The notes under the pieces: generated by a model
Seen by the model: only the letters and a program-made list of their open reading frames with translations
Database searches by the model: none
Told to the model about the DNA's origin: nothing
Translations under genes and position numbers: made by a program
Assembly (NCBI GenBank): GCA_964362725.1
Contig: CAYIFO010000001.1
Location: 1-36,012, forward strand
Direction of reading: 5' to 3'
Source: an uncultured Candidatus Saccharibacteria bacterium
GTDB lineage: Bacteria; Patescibacteriota; Minisyncoccia; Phycocordibacterales; PALSA-1337
Length of the DNA: 36,012 bases
Shown: piece by piece, positions 1 to 7,829 of the stretch
How the letters are laid out: each line of letters opens with the position of its first letter
How positions within the stretch are numbered: position 1 is the first letter of the stretch

Positions 1-45
1 GTAACAAGGCACGGGTAGCGGAAGCTGCTCGTGGAATATTTCAAA
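1..45 (+). rRNA. rrs: 3' end of 16S (SSU) rRNA, partial; the window starts inside the gene
   Basis: GTAACAAGG (1-9) is followed by a helix-45-like hairpin CACGGGTAGC(10-19)-GGAA-GCTGCTCGTG(24-33). The stem is 10 bp including 2 G-U pairs. The exact mature 3' end cannot be determined from sequence alone. Confidence 0.6.
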
Positions 46-94
46 GAATCAACCGTTTTTATCGGCCTAGCCGGTATTAACTTATAGTCGATAG

Positions 95-179
95 TCTGGT
101 AGTTGGTTAGTGGTTGATAGTTTATGGTAGTCGCAAGTGCGATTAACCATTAACTATTTACTATTAACCAACTACTAGA
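95..179 (+). other. Long imperfect hairpin in the 16S trailer; possible processing stem
   Basis: The left arm (95-128) pairs with the right arm (146-179) over about 34 bp. Four G-U pairs form only in the plus-strand RNA. The apex carries TCGC-aagt-GCGA. Confidence 0.5.
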
Positions 180-341
180 TTGGATGATCGCTCTTGGCCT
201 TCGAAGCCCGCCAGGGCGGAGTAGGCCTTCTGATCTCAAAACAGGAGCGCTTAGTTCCCGAAGATAGGGAACACACATCGGTAATATCAATTGAATTACT
301 GATGGGCGAACGGAACAAAATAGAGGAAGCTATGTGTAAAG

Positions 342-366
342 AGCTGCCAGGAATGGCGGCTTTTTG
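342..366 (+). terminator. Rho-independent terminator after the 16S trailer
   Basis: AGCTGCC(342-348)-aggaat-GGCGGCT(355-361) forms a 7-bp stem with one G-U pair, running into TTTTT (361-365). Confidence 0.55.
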
Positions 367-445
367 CTTTGCCTGTTTTGGTTTTTTAATCTATAGTGTC
401 AGTAAGGTAAATGTGACGAACTTTTGACCTTTAACTTTTAATATC

Positions 446-528
446 GGGCACGTGGCGGAATTGGTATACGCGCAGCGTTCAGAACGCTGTGAGCCATGCT
501 CATGGAGGTTCGAGTCCTCTCGTGCCCA
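446..528 (+). tRNA. tRNA-Leu (anticodon CAG), class II with a long variable arm
   Basis: Manual cloverleaf: acceptor GGGCACG/CGTGCCC, 3-bp D stem, anticodon stem CAGCG/CGCTG with loop TTCAGAA, variable arm TGAGC-cat-GCTCA, T arm GGAGG-TTCGAGT-CCTCT, discriminator A. No CCA is encoded. Confidence 0.9.
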
Positions 529-631
529 CTATATTTTTTTGCATTTAATCTTCGATTTTGCTAGTGTATACCTACTGATTTGAGGTATCAGCTCTGATCC
601 ATTCTCTAGGCTTTATATCTCCAATCTTTAC

Positions 632-704
632 GCGCGCATAGCTCAGTTGGTAGAGCACACCACTGATACTGGTGGGGTCCTAGGTTCGAATCCTAGTGCG
701 CGCA
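632..704 (+). tRNA. tRNA-Ile (anticodon GAU)
   Basis: 73-nt cloverleaf: acceptor GCGCGCA/TGCGCGC, D arm GCTC-AGTTGGTA-GAGC, anticodon stem CACCA/TGGTG with loop CTGATAC, T arm CTAGG-TTCGAAT-CCTAG. Confidence 0.92.
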
Positions 705-733
705 CAACTAATTTGTTGTATAATATTTGGCAT

Positions 734-1978
734 ATGAAAAATCTGCAAAGGGGTTTTGTTGTCCCTATTTTGATAGTGATTATTGCATTACTAGTTATCG
801 GTGGAGGGGTTTATATTTATGAAAACGAAAAAGTCGAAGTACCCGTAGTTGCCGATAATACAACACAGCAATCGAGCCAGGCTCAACAGACTAATAATCG
901 ACAAAATTCAGCAATCATTAAAACTAATCCTGTTTCGAGTGCAGTTCCGGATAAGTCTTCCTTGACTGTATCTTCACCTAATGGACAAGAAGTGTGGGTA
1001 AATGGATCAAAGCAGATAATTCGTTGGACATCCGAGGGTTCTGATGCTTCTCAGCCAGTGAATATTTTTCTAGAAAGAAAATCTCCAAATGATACGCAAT
1101 TTTGGAACATAGATATGATTGCAACAAATCAACCTGGTTCTGGTAGTTATACATGGACAGTTTCATCAAAAGATACAACCGGAAATATAGTTGCAAATGC
1201 GCAGTATAAAATTCTTATTGGCCGAAATATCGCAAAAGGATTGGGACCAGTTGACGAGAGTGATGATTACTTTCTGATTTCTACGCCTATAGCCCAACCT
1301 TCCATTACAGTCCTTTATCCTAATTATGGAGAGGTATTAAACAATGGAGGGAGAGATAATATTGCGACAGTTCGATGGACGACCTCGAATTTCGGCAACA
1401 TGAATGTCACAATAGGATTGCTTAGTAAGAACGGAGATTGGATCAAAACAATTGCTTCAGATGTTCCTAATACCGGAAATTTTAATTGGAGGACAGACCC
1501 GACGATTGCTAGTGGTGAATACAAAATTTCGGTAACATCATCGCAATCGATAACAAATTCTGGACCGGTTGTAGCTGATTCGTCGGACGATACTTTTGTT
1601 ATAAGTACACGATCAATCATTCCAGGTAAAACATTTGTGACTCTCGTATCACCAAATGGTGGCGAAATCCTTAATGTTGGTGATAAGCTAATTATCAAAT
1701 GGTCAAGTTTGGGTGAAAAACCGACCTCTGCAACAATAAGTTTAAGAAGTAATGCTCGATGTCCATATGGTTACAACTGTTCTCCACCAACACATTTATT
1801 TGCCAATATTGCTGAGATTAGTGGAAATGATCTGGATAAAGGAGAATATGAATGGATTGTTAGCAAATCCAATGTTGATAATTCGAATAACCAGTATTTA
1901 ATTGGTATAATGATAAGCAAAGATAATCTAGGCAATGCGAGTTATGATGATAGTGATTTTGGTTTTACTATAAACTAG
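734..1978 (+). CDS. Secreted or membrane-anchored protein with three tandem Ig-like repeat domains resembling Kre9/KNH-type Ser/Thr-rich domains
   Basis: The track ORF 647..1978 was trimmed to ATG 734 because its 5' end overlaps tRNA-Ile. There is an N-terminal hydrophobic anchor (FVVPILIVIIALLVIGGGVYIY). Three repeats follow the pattern SPNG.E.W..G....I.W.....YKI......DxSDD.F.I. Confidence 0.7.
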   Translation: MKNLQRGFVVPILIVIIALLVIGGGVYIYENEKVEVPVVADNTTQQSSQAQQTNNRQNSAIIKTNPVSSAVPDKSSLTVSSPNGQEVWVNGSKQIIRWTSEGSDASQPVNIFLERKSPNDTQFWNIDMIATNQPGSGSYTWTVSSKDTTGNIVANAQYKILIGRNIAKGLGPVDESDDYFLISTPIAQPSITVLYPNYGEVLNNGGRDNIATVRWTTSNFGNMNVTIGLLSKNGDWIKTIASDVPNTGNFNWRTDPTIASGEYKISVTSSQSITNSGPVVADSSDDTFVISTRSIIPGKTFVTLVSPNGGEILNVGDKLIIKWSSLGEKPTSATISLRSNARCPYGYNCSPPTHLFANIAEISGNDLDKGEYEWIVSKSNVDNSNNQYLIGIMISKDNLGNASYDDSDFGFTIN

Positions 1979-2040
1979 TTAATCCCGCTTTCATGCTATG
2001 ATTCCTGTAAGTTATTACTAATTAACCACCAATAAACATC

Positions 2041-2193
2041 ATGCTTATAACAATTGCAATAATTCTCTTGGCTCTCTGGATTCTGGGCGTTGTCGGGGTC
2101 TATACGATCGGCTGGTTTATTCACATACTTCTGGTTGTTGCTGTAGTAATGTTTCTGATTAGGATTATTCAAGGCCGAAATCCTCTTCAGTAA
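2041..2193 (+). CDS. Small membrane protein (50 aa), lmo0937 family-like
   Basis: Absent from the ORF track because it is under 60 aa. ATG 2041 to TAA 2191-2193 translates to MLITIAIILLALWILGVVGVYTIGWFIHILLVVAVVMFLIRIIQGRNPLQ. This matches the recalled family pattern (two TM helices, GW.IH.LLV.A). Confidence 0.65.
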   Translation: MLITIAIILLALWILGVVGVYTIGWFIHILLVVAVVMFLIRIIQGRNPLQ

Positions 2194-2244
2194 AATCAAT
2201 ATTCCCAATCCGACAAGGAAATTGTCGCTGAGTTTATTCAGTTC

Positions 2245-2268
2245 CGGTTGTTAAACAACCGCTTTTCT
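2245..2268 (+). terminator. Putative intrinsic terminator
   Basis: Perfect 8-1-8 palindrome CGGTTGTT-A-AACAACCG (2245-2261) followed by CTTTTCT. Confidence 0.4.
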
Positions 2269-2269
2269 G

Positions 2270-2278
2270 TGCTAAAAT
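2270..2278 (+). promoter_or_regulatory. Extended -10 element (TGcTAAAAT) 6 nt upstream of ATG 2285
   Basis: The motif sits 6 nt before the start codon and no SD-like sequence lies between them. Confidence 0.4.
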
Positions 2279-2284
2279 ACCCTC

Positions 2285-3301
2285 ATGAATAACAACACCA
2301 CGCCGAAGGACTTTTTCCTTCACCTTGGCGCCACGGTGGCCCTTTACGCGGCCGTGGTTGCCCTTATTAACCTGGCTTTTAGTGTTATCAACTACTATTT
2401 GCCGGATCAGCTGGCTGGCTATTTCTATTCTGGCAATATTGCTTGGCCGATCTCGATGCTTATTATTCTGGTGCCCATCCTGTATGTCCTCGAATATCTG
2501 ATAATCAAAGACATTAGGAAATTGCCGGGCAAGGAATCTATCTGGATCAGACGCTGGAGAATATATTTGACGCTCTTTTTGACCGGCGCGGTTATGGTCG
2601 GCGATCTCATTGCTCTGGTTAACACATATCTAAACGGTGAAATATCCGGACGTTTTGCCTACAAGGTCTTGGCTGTTTTTGTTATCGCTGGAGTGATTTT
2701 CCTCTACTACCTTATCGAAAAGAAAAGTGGTTTGGATGGTGTCGATATTGGAACAAAGTCAAATAGCCGATTTATTGTTGCCACGATCGGTCTTGTTGTC
2801 GCTCTTATAGCTATTATCTTTGGCTTTATAGCTGTTGGTTCTCCGACCAAACAGCGCAATTTGCGTTTCGACAATCAGAGAACAAATGATCTAAGCACGA
2901 TCCAGTGGCAGATAGTCAGTCATTGGCAACAAAAAGGAAAACTACCTTCGACCCTGGATGACTTGAAGGATCCGATCAGTTATAACAAAATTCCGACTGA
3001 TCCCAAGACCAAAGATGCTTACGAATATATCCAAAAAACCGCAATGAACAGTATAACGACTATCGCTGGTACCAAACCGTCATTTGAGCTTTGCGCTACT
3101 TTTGCCCTACCAACTCCGGACAACGAGGGTCGGGGTGATTTTTACGGTGGCAATTCGTATCCGACCAGGAGCATGAGCAGTGCTTATTATGACGGCGGTA
3201 TTATTATCGAAAACGACAACTGGAAGCACGAAGCCGGCCGGACTTGTTTTACCAGAACCATTGATCCGGACAAGTACCCGGTCAATCCCAAAGGTCTATA
3301 A
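2285..3301 (+). CDS. Multi-pass membrane protein, DUF5671-like N-terminal domain with an extracytoplasmic C-terminal domain
   Basis: 338-aa ORF with about 6 hydrophobic helices in the first roughly 190 aa. The family assignment is from memory of CPR proteins and has not been searched. Confidence 0.55.
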   Translation: MNNNTTPKDFFLHLGATVALYAAVVALINLAFSVINYYLPDQLAGYFYSGNIAWPISMLIILVPILYVLEYLIIKDIRKLPGKESIWIRRWRIYLTLFLTGAVMVGDLIALVNTYLNGEISGRFAYKVLAVFVIAGVIFLYYLIEKKSGLDGVDIGTKSNSRFIVATIGLVVALIAIIFGFIAVGSPTKQRNLRFDNQRTNDLSTIQWQIVSHWQQKGKLPSTLDDLKDPISYNKIPTDPKTKDAYEYIQKTAMNSITTIAGTKPSFELCATFALPTPDNEGRGDFYGGNSYPTRSMSSAYYDGGIIIENDNWKHEAGRTCFTRTIDPDKYPVNPKGL

Positions 3302-3310
3302 AACAAAAAA

Positions 3311-4726
3311 ATGAATTTAGGAAAAAAAACCAAGATTGTCTGCACGATCGGACCGGCCACGGAAAGCCAGGAAAAGTTGGAAGCCCTTCAAAAAGCCGGC
3401 ATGAATGTGGCTAGGCTCAATTTCTCCCATGGTGATTTTGCCGAACACCAGAATCGGGTTGATAATATCCGGAAAGTTATGGAAAAAACTGGTTCAATCA
3501 TCGCCATAATCCAAGATTTGGGCGGACCAAAAATCCGCATAGGGACATTCAGGGACAAAGTTGTTAACCTGGTTAGGGGCAAGACTTTTATCCTGACCAC
3601 CGACGAGATCGAAGGTACCGAGGACAAAGTCCATATCAATTACCCCGCTTTGCCCAAAGAGGTCAAGCCGGGCATATTCATTATGCTTCAGGATGGGGCC
3701 ATGAAACTAGAGGTAGTTGAAGTCAAGGGTAATGACATAATCACCAAAGTTATTTCTGGCGGGCATTTGGCCGGCCGGAAGGGTGTCAATGTGCCTGGAG
3801 CCAATCTTTCGGTCAAGTCACTGACTGAAAAAGATCGCGAGGATGTCCAGTTTGGCATCAAAAACAAGGTGGATTTCGTAGCCCTTTCTTTTGTTCGCCA
3901 TTCGTCCGACATTAGGGAACTTCGTGAATTGTTGGACAAAGCCGGTTCCAAGGCCGGTATAATCGCCAAAATTGAGACGCCGGAGGCTCTGGCGGACATA
4001 GATGGCATAATCGAACAATCGGACGCCATAATGATAGCCAGGGGCGATCTGGCCATAGAGATACCGGCGGAAGAAGTGCCCTTAGTCCAAAAATTGATTA
4101 TTCACAAGTGTAATTCGGCGGGAAAACCGGTTATCACAGCCACGCAGATGTTGGAATCAATGGTCAAGAATCCGGTGCCGACGCGGGCCGAGGTTTCCGA
4201 TATCGCTAACGCGATCATTGATGGTACCGACGCGATCATGCTTTCCGAAGAAACGACCTTGGGTGATTTTCCGGTTGAGGCGGTCGAAGTAATGACCAAG
4301 GTCGCTTTGCGAGTTGAAAAAGAAGTATATACTCGGGACACTATAGCCGAATACGAAGAATCGCATGGTATTACCGATGTTGTTTCCCAGTCGACTGTTC
4401 GTGTTGCTCATAATATTGGAGCTTCGCTTATTGTCGCCTTGACTCGCAAAGGCAGAACTCCCCGAATGATATCTCGCTACCGTCCGGCCGAAATGGTCCT
4501 GGCTTTTTCCGATGAGAAGGCTGATCTAAACAAAATGATGCTTGTTTACGGTTGTTACCCATTCTTGGTGCCGACTTTCAAAACAACCGAGGAGATCATG
4601 GAAATAGTCCGACGGACGACCTTGGACAGTAAGTTTGTCAATAAAGGGGACAAGGTGGTTATCGTCGCCGGCATGCCTTTTGGCGGTTCCAATGAAACGA
4701 ATTTCATTTTAGTTGAGACGGTCTAG
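3311..4726 (+). CDS. pyk: Pyruvate kinase
   Basis: 471 aa with hallmark segments: KIVCTIGPA, MNVARLNFSHG, DLGGPKIR, ARGDL..EIP, ATQMLESM, MLSEETT. Confidence 0.95.
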   Translation: MNLGKKTKIVCTIGPATESQEKLEALQKAGMNVARLNFSHGDFAEHQNRVDNIRKVMEKTGSIIAIIQDLGGPKIRIGTFRDKVVNLVRGKTFILTTDEIEGTEDKVHINYPALPKEVKPGIFIMLQDGAMKLEVVEVKGNDIITKVISGGHLAGRKGVNVPGANLSVKSLTEKDREDVQFGIKNKVDFVALSFVRHSSDIRELRELLDKAGSKAGIIAKIETPEALADIDGIIEQSDAIMIARGDLAIEIPAEEVPLVQKLIIHKCNSAGKPVITATQMLESMVKNPVPTRAEVSDIANAIIDGTDAIMLSEETTLGDFPVEAVEVMTKVALRVEKEVYTRDTIAEYEESHGITDVVSQSTVRVAHNIGASLIVALTRKGRTPRMISRYRPAEMVLAFSDEKADLNKMMLVYGCYPFLVPTFKTTEEIMEIVRRTTLDSKFVNKGDKVVIVAGMPFGGSNETNFILVETV

Positions 4727-4729
4727 ATA

Positions 4730-5470
4730 TTGCGTTATACTTCTCTTGTGCAGACATACGCCATCAAAGCCGAGACTTGGTTTCTCGATCGTCCATATCG
4801 CGAGTACCCGCTCACGATACATGACCTGCCGGACGAAGAGAAACCGCGCGAAAAGCTCATCCGACAAGGGCCGGAAGCTTTGAGCATCAAGGAATTGCTG
4901 GCGGTTGTTCTGGTCAGTGGCACGGTCAAAGAGGAACTCATGGAAATGTCCAATCGCCTTATCCGCGATTATGGCGAAAAGAGTATTCTGGCCGAGCGTG
5001 ATCCGGACAGATTGTCTGCAGAGCTTGATATCCCCATAGTCAAAGCCTGCCAGATCGTGGCTTGTGGGGAATTGGGTCGGCGCTTTTACGACCGTTCGGA
5101 ATCGGGTCTGACGACCGTCAGAAATGCCAAGGATGTCTACGAGTATCTCCAAGACATGCGCAACTTGCCCAAAGAGCATCTTCGCGGACTTTATCTCAAT
5201 AGTCACAATCGGATTTTGCGCGACGAGGTTATCACAATCGGGACGGTCAATTCCAATATGATCCATCCCCGTGAAGTTTTTCGGCCGGCCATCGAATGCA
5301 ATGCTGCGGCCATTATTCTGGCCCACAACCATCCGTCAGGCGAGACGGCGCCGAGTGCCGAAGATACGGAGATCACGGCCCAATTGGTCCAAGCCGGCAA
5401 GATGCTGGGTATAGCTGTTTTGGATCATGTCATCATCACCAAGAATTCTTTCGTAAGCCTATTAAAGTAA
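4730..5470 (+). CDS. radC: RadC-family JAB-domain protein (UPF0758)
   Basis: HhH-type N-terminal region (PREKL...GPEALS..ELLAVVL) and the JAB motif HNHPSGE..PS.ED. The start is uncertain: TTG 4730 or GTG 4748. Confidence 0.85.
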   Translation: MRYTSLVQTYAIKAETWFLDRPYREYPLTIHDLPDEEKPREKLIRQGPEALSIKELLAVVLVSGTVKEELMEMSNRLIRDYGEKSILAERDPDRLSAELDIPIVKACQIVACGELGRRFYDRSESGLTTVRNAKDVYEYLQDMRNLPKEHLRGLYLNSHNRILRDEVITIGTVNSNMIHPREVFRPAIECNAAAIILAHNHPSGETAPSAEDTEITAQLVQAGKMLGIAVLDHVIITKNSFVSLLK

Positions 5471-5494
5471 GGGGAACTCGAATTCCCAACAAAC

Positions 5495-5839
5495 ATGCGC
5501 GACTACCAAATAGTTTCGCCTTCGCTCGAAGGTGTTTTGAACCACGACTCATTGTTGTACGAGGGGATAGAGAGGCCGATAGAAGTTATGCGGATTATGG
5601 ATGGACCGGCTTCGAAGGGAAGGCTGACCAAAGCCCGGATCGAAGAAAGGACCAGGTCCATAGAGGAAGAAAAGAAAGTTCTCGAAACCTATTTCCAGGA
5701 TCTCCATGGTGTCTTTATGAAAAAGTTTTCTCATTTCGTGGTTGAAACTGATTTTCCTTCGGAAGACCTGATCAAGCTTCAGGCCATGCTTCAGGAAATG
5801 ATCAAGGTCAAGGGTCTCATTGTCGGTCGCTTTGCCTAA
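5495..5839 (+). CDS. Hypothetical protein (114 aa)
   Basis: ATG-initiated ORF with a charged, helical-looking sequence. No family was recognised. The antisense ORF 5549..5875 is judged a shadow. Confidence 0.5.
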   Translation: MRDYQIVSPSLEGVLNHDSLLYEGIERPIEVMRIMDGPASKGRLTKARIEERTRSIEEEKKVLETYFQDLHGVFMKKFSHFVVETDFPSEDLIKLQAMLQEMIKVKGLIVGRFA

Positions 5840-5929
5840 TAATAGGGCCCAAGAGGTGTATTTCTGCGAAGTCAACTCTTATTGGGGCGAATAACGCCTG
5901 TGCCCTTTTTCGCCCCTGCGGCTGAACAT

Positions 5930-5959
5930 TTGACATGCAAGCACCACTTGTGATATAAT
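5930..5959 (+). promoter_or_regulatory. Near-consensus sigma70-type promoter for the 6064 gene
   Basis: TTGACA (5930-5935), 18-nt spacer, TGa-TATAAT (5951-5959). Confidence 0.6.
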
Positions 5960-6063
5960 ACCGCCAGAAAGATGAGGGTAACCCATGGGTTTGACATGGG
6001 ACTTTATTACCCGAGATCTTTTAAAACTAGGGCCATGAAAGTGGTCCAAAAAGAAAGGGTTTT

Positions 6064-7317
6064 GTGCAAAAAAACCTACCGAAGCAGATAACGCAAATAA
6101 GAGCTTATTACATCGATATTGACATCATTGTCGCGGTTGAGATACTCCGCGCATTTGGTAAATGGGAGTATTCGATCGGAGATTTACAACCCACAAAGTT
6201 CGAAAAAGTGGAGGCATTGTGCTTACCCGAAGAATTACTAATCGGCTATCCCGGTGACAATTTTAGTTGCCTGGATCAAGTCGGACATCAGATTCCGGGG
6301 ATGAGTTGTTCAAGGTGTGTAACTGATCATCTAAAGATCAGCACAATGCCTGGGATCGACTGTATCCTCAAGGCTCTGGCAAATTTGAAGAGCAAAGGAG
6401 CGCCCATTACACCGTCACATATAAGTACCTTTATTCGTGATGGCATAACTTTGTCAACTGGGGCAGAACAGACCAGAGTTATTGCTTGGGCCAGTCGCGC
6501 TGTTCAAGCAGCGCTTACCTTTTCGGTAAAGCCGTCAGAGGTAAGTGACTATGTCCATCCGGCGCAGGTTTTGTCCGGTATCGTAAACGATATTGATAAT
6601 CAGGCTGTCAAGCAGAATCTACAACGTATGGTTAGAAGTTCGGAACATCAGACAAAGTATTGCCTCGAATTCGACTTCGTATCACGGGCAATGAAAGCGA
6701 GTGGCGTTTCTGATGGTGACACGGTGGAGTGGATCAGGGAAGGATTGTTACGTTATGTGGATCAACAAAAACAGTTTTGGTCTGCCGTAGCCGAAATTCG
6801 GGATAATGGCACCACATTTCAAATTGATGGCACAAGGACCGGGCTATTGATATGTAGTGACAATCCTCAGTGCTCACGTGCCAGCCGTTTGCAAGGTATG
6901 CAACATTCGGTTTGCATCACAGTTGGCTCAAAGGGTGTGGTAATAATACCAAACGCTCATGACATGCTCGATATGAAGACTGTCTGGGCGCTTATCCGGG
7001 CAATGGAATGTCCTGTCGAGATGTCACGAAACGCCTCGTTCCAGGACTTAAGTCGCCCTGGCGTTCACCCACTTGTTCCTCACTGGAACATGAGCGAGAA
7101 GAACTCCTCTGCTATCTGTGGAGTATCAATAGCCGCTACGCGATTGAATCAGTCGGTCCTCATAAATGTCGTAAAGGCCGGGCTCAATCCACAAGGGCAG
7201 CGGTGGTTCAATAGGATCACCGATAATAGTCCAACAGCACAGGCTCGACGAGTCGCGTTCGCAAAGGATAATTCCGGAGATGGACTCGGGATTCTCGAAA
7301 CAGCCTTCAGTAAATAA
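6064..7317 (+). CDS. Hypothetical protein (417 aa), no recognisable family
   Basis: Long ORF. GTG 6064 is the first start codon after the in-frame stop at 6028-6030. It has its own promoter and terminator. Confidence 0.7.
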   Translation: MQKNLPKQITQIRAYYIDIDIIVAVEILRAFGKWEYSIGDLQPTKFEKVEALCLPEELLIGYPGDNFSCLDQVGHQIPGMSCSRCVTDHLKISTMPGIDCILKALANLKSKGAPITPSHISTFIRDGITLSTGAEQTRVIAWASRAVQAALTFSVKPSEVSDYVHPAQVLSGIVNDIDNQAVKQNLQRMVRSSEHQTKYCLEFDFVSRAMKASGVSDGDTVEWIREGLLRYVDQQKQFWSAVAEIRDNGTTFQIDGTRTGLLICSDNPQCSRASRLQGMQHSVCITVGSKGVVIIPNAHDMLDMKTVWALIRAMECPVEMSRNASFQDLSRPGVHPLVPHWNMSEKNSSAICGVSIAATRLNQSVLINVVKAGLNPQGQRWFNRITDNSPTAQARRVAFAKDNSGDGLGILETAFSK

Positions 7318-7335
7318 GGTCTGCGGATTTTCACA

Positions 7336-7363
7336 AAAGAGGTTCTTCGGAGCCTCTTTTTTT
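7336..7363 (+). terminator. Rho-independent terminator with a UUCG tetraloop
   Basis: GAGGTTC(7339-7345)-TTCG-GAGCCTC(7350-7356), 7 bp with one G-U pair, followed by T7 (7357-7363). Confidence 0.8.
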
Positions 7364-7433
7364 CATACAAATTATATTATTCAAAAATTCCCCCACCATT
7401 GCGCCCCCGCTCCCGCCACTGTAAACTGCAATT

Positions 7434-7820
7434 ATGTCGGCGCAAGATTATTTTAAAAGCAAAAGAATAGCGGTGGTGGGCTTGGGTCCAGAGGGTAACA
7501 TGGTCGAAGATGTCAAATTCCTGATCAAGGCAGGGGCCTTGGTCAGTGTTTACGACCTCAAGAGCGAGGCTAGGTTGAAGAGCCACCTGGTTCTTTTGCG
7601 CTCGCTGGGTCTTGCCAATCATGTCTGCGGTTCCATTCCAGCCGAGGATTTGATCGATATGGATCTCATCATCCTTTCCCATGAATATCCGCGCGATTCC
7701 TCTTTTCTCAAGGCTGTTGATGAAAAAAACAGGAGAATTGAACTCGATAAAACCAAGATTGTGGAAAAAAAAGAAAAGCCTATTCCCATCGAATACCCCG
7801 AAACACTATTTTTCAGGTGA
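7434..7820 (+). CDS. murD: UDP-N-acetylmuramoylalanine--D-glutamate ligase, N-terminal domain fragment ending at in-frame TGA 7818-7820
   Basis: Rossmann-like KRIAVVGLGPEG. The C-terminal ...ETLFFR aligns with the E. coli MurD segment (IELFCR) just before the P-loop. Confidence 0.75.
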   Translation: MSAQDYFKSKRIAVVGLGPEGNMVEDVKFLIKAGALVSVYDLKSEARLKSHLVLLRSLGLANHVCGSIPAEDLIDMDLIILSHEYPRDSSFLKAVDEKNRRIELDKTKIVEKKEKPIPIEYPETLFFR

Positions 7821-7829
7821 TCGCCTCCG

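Noticed and set aside
194-230. GGCCTTCGAAGCCCGCCAGGGCGGAGTAGGCC as another copy of the TTCTTCGCCAAGGCTACGAAGG hairpin motif
   Set aside because: It shows only loose resemblance (a shared GCCTT...CGCCARGG pattern). The alignment needs several indels, so it was not counted as a family member.
194-427. 77-aa ORF in the 16S trailer
   Set aside because: It lies in a region full of hairpins (for example 260-278 and 281-309) and runs through a terminator at 342-366. It has no family resemblance and sits between rRNA and tRNA genes. It is most likely non-coding spacer.
446-734. Integrated mobile element or prophage at the tRNA genes
   Set aside because: No integrase, direct repeat of the tRNA 3' end, or phage-like genes follow tRNA-Leu or tRNA-Ile. 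The next gene is a typical secreted repeat protein.
1996-2208. 70-aa minus-strand ORF
   Set aside because: The opposite strand encodes a convincing lmo0937-type 50-aa membrane protein (2041-2193). The minus-strand product is low-complexity (N/Q/Y-rich) and looks like an antisense shadow.
4709-5332. 207-aa minus-strand ORF antisense to radC, plus similar long antisense ORFs at 15415..16119, 27842..28369 and 22960..23403
   Set aside because: Each overlaps a plus- or minus-strand gene with clear family motifs (the RadC JAB motif, the ATP-grasp core, the methyltransferase, GT4). Their own translations are Arg/Ser/Gly-rich with no recognisable features.
7818-7820. Alternative genetic code (UGA = Gly or Trp, codes 25 or 4) as the explanation for the murD TGA
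   Set aside because: TGA closes many ORFs at natural protein ends: mraY at 12949-12951, the Mpl-like gene at 9915-9917, the ATGA start/stop overlaps at 25653-25656 and 26690-26693, and the ends at 21669 and 23970. The standard code 11 therefore fits the window.
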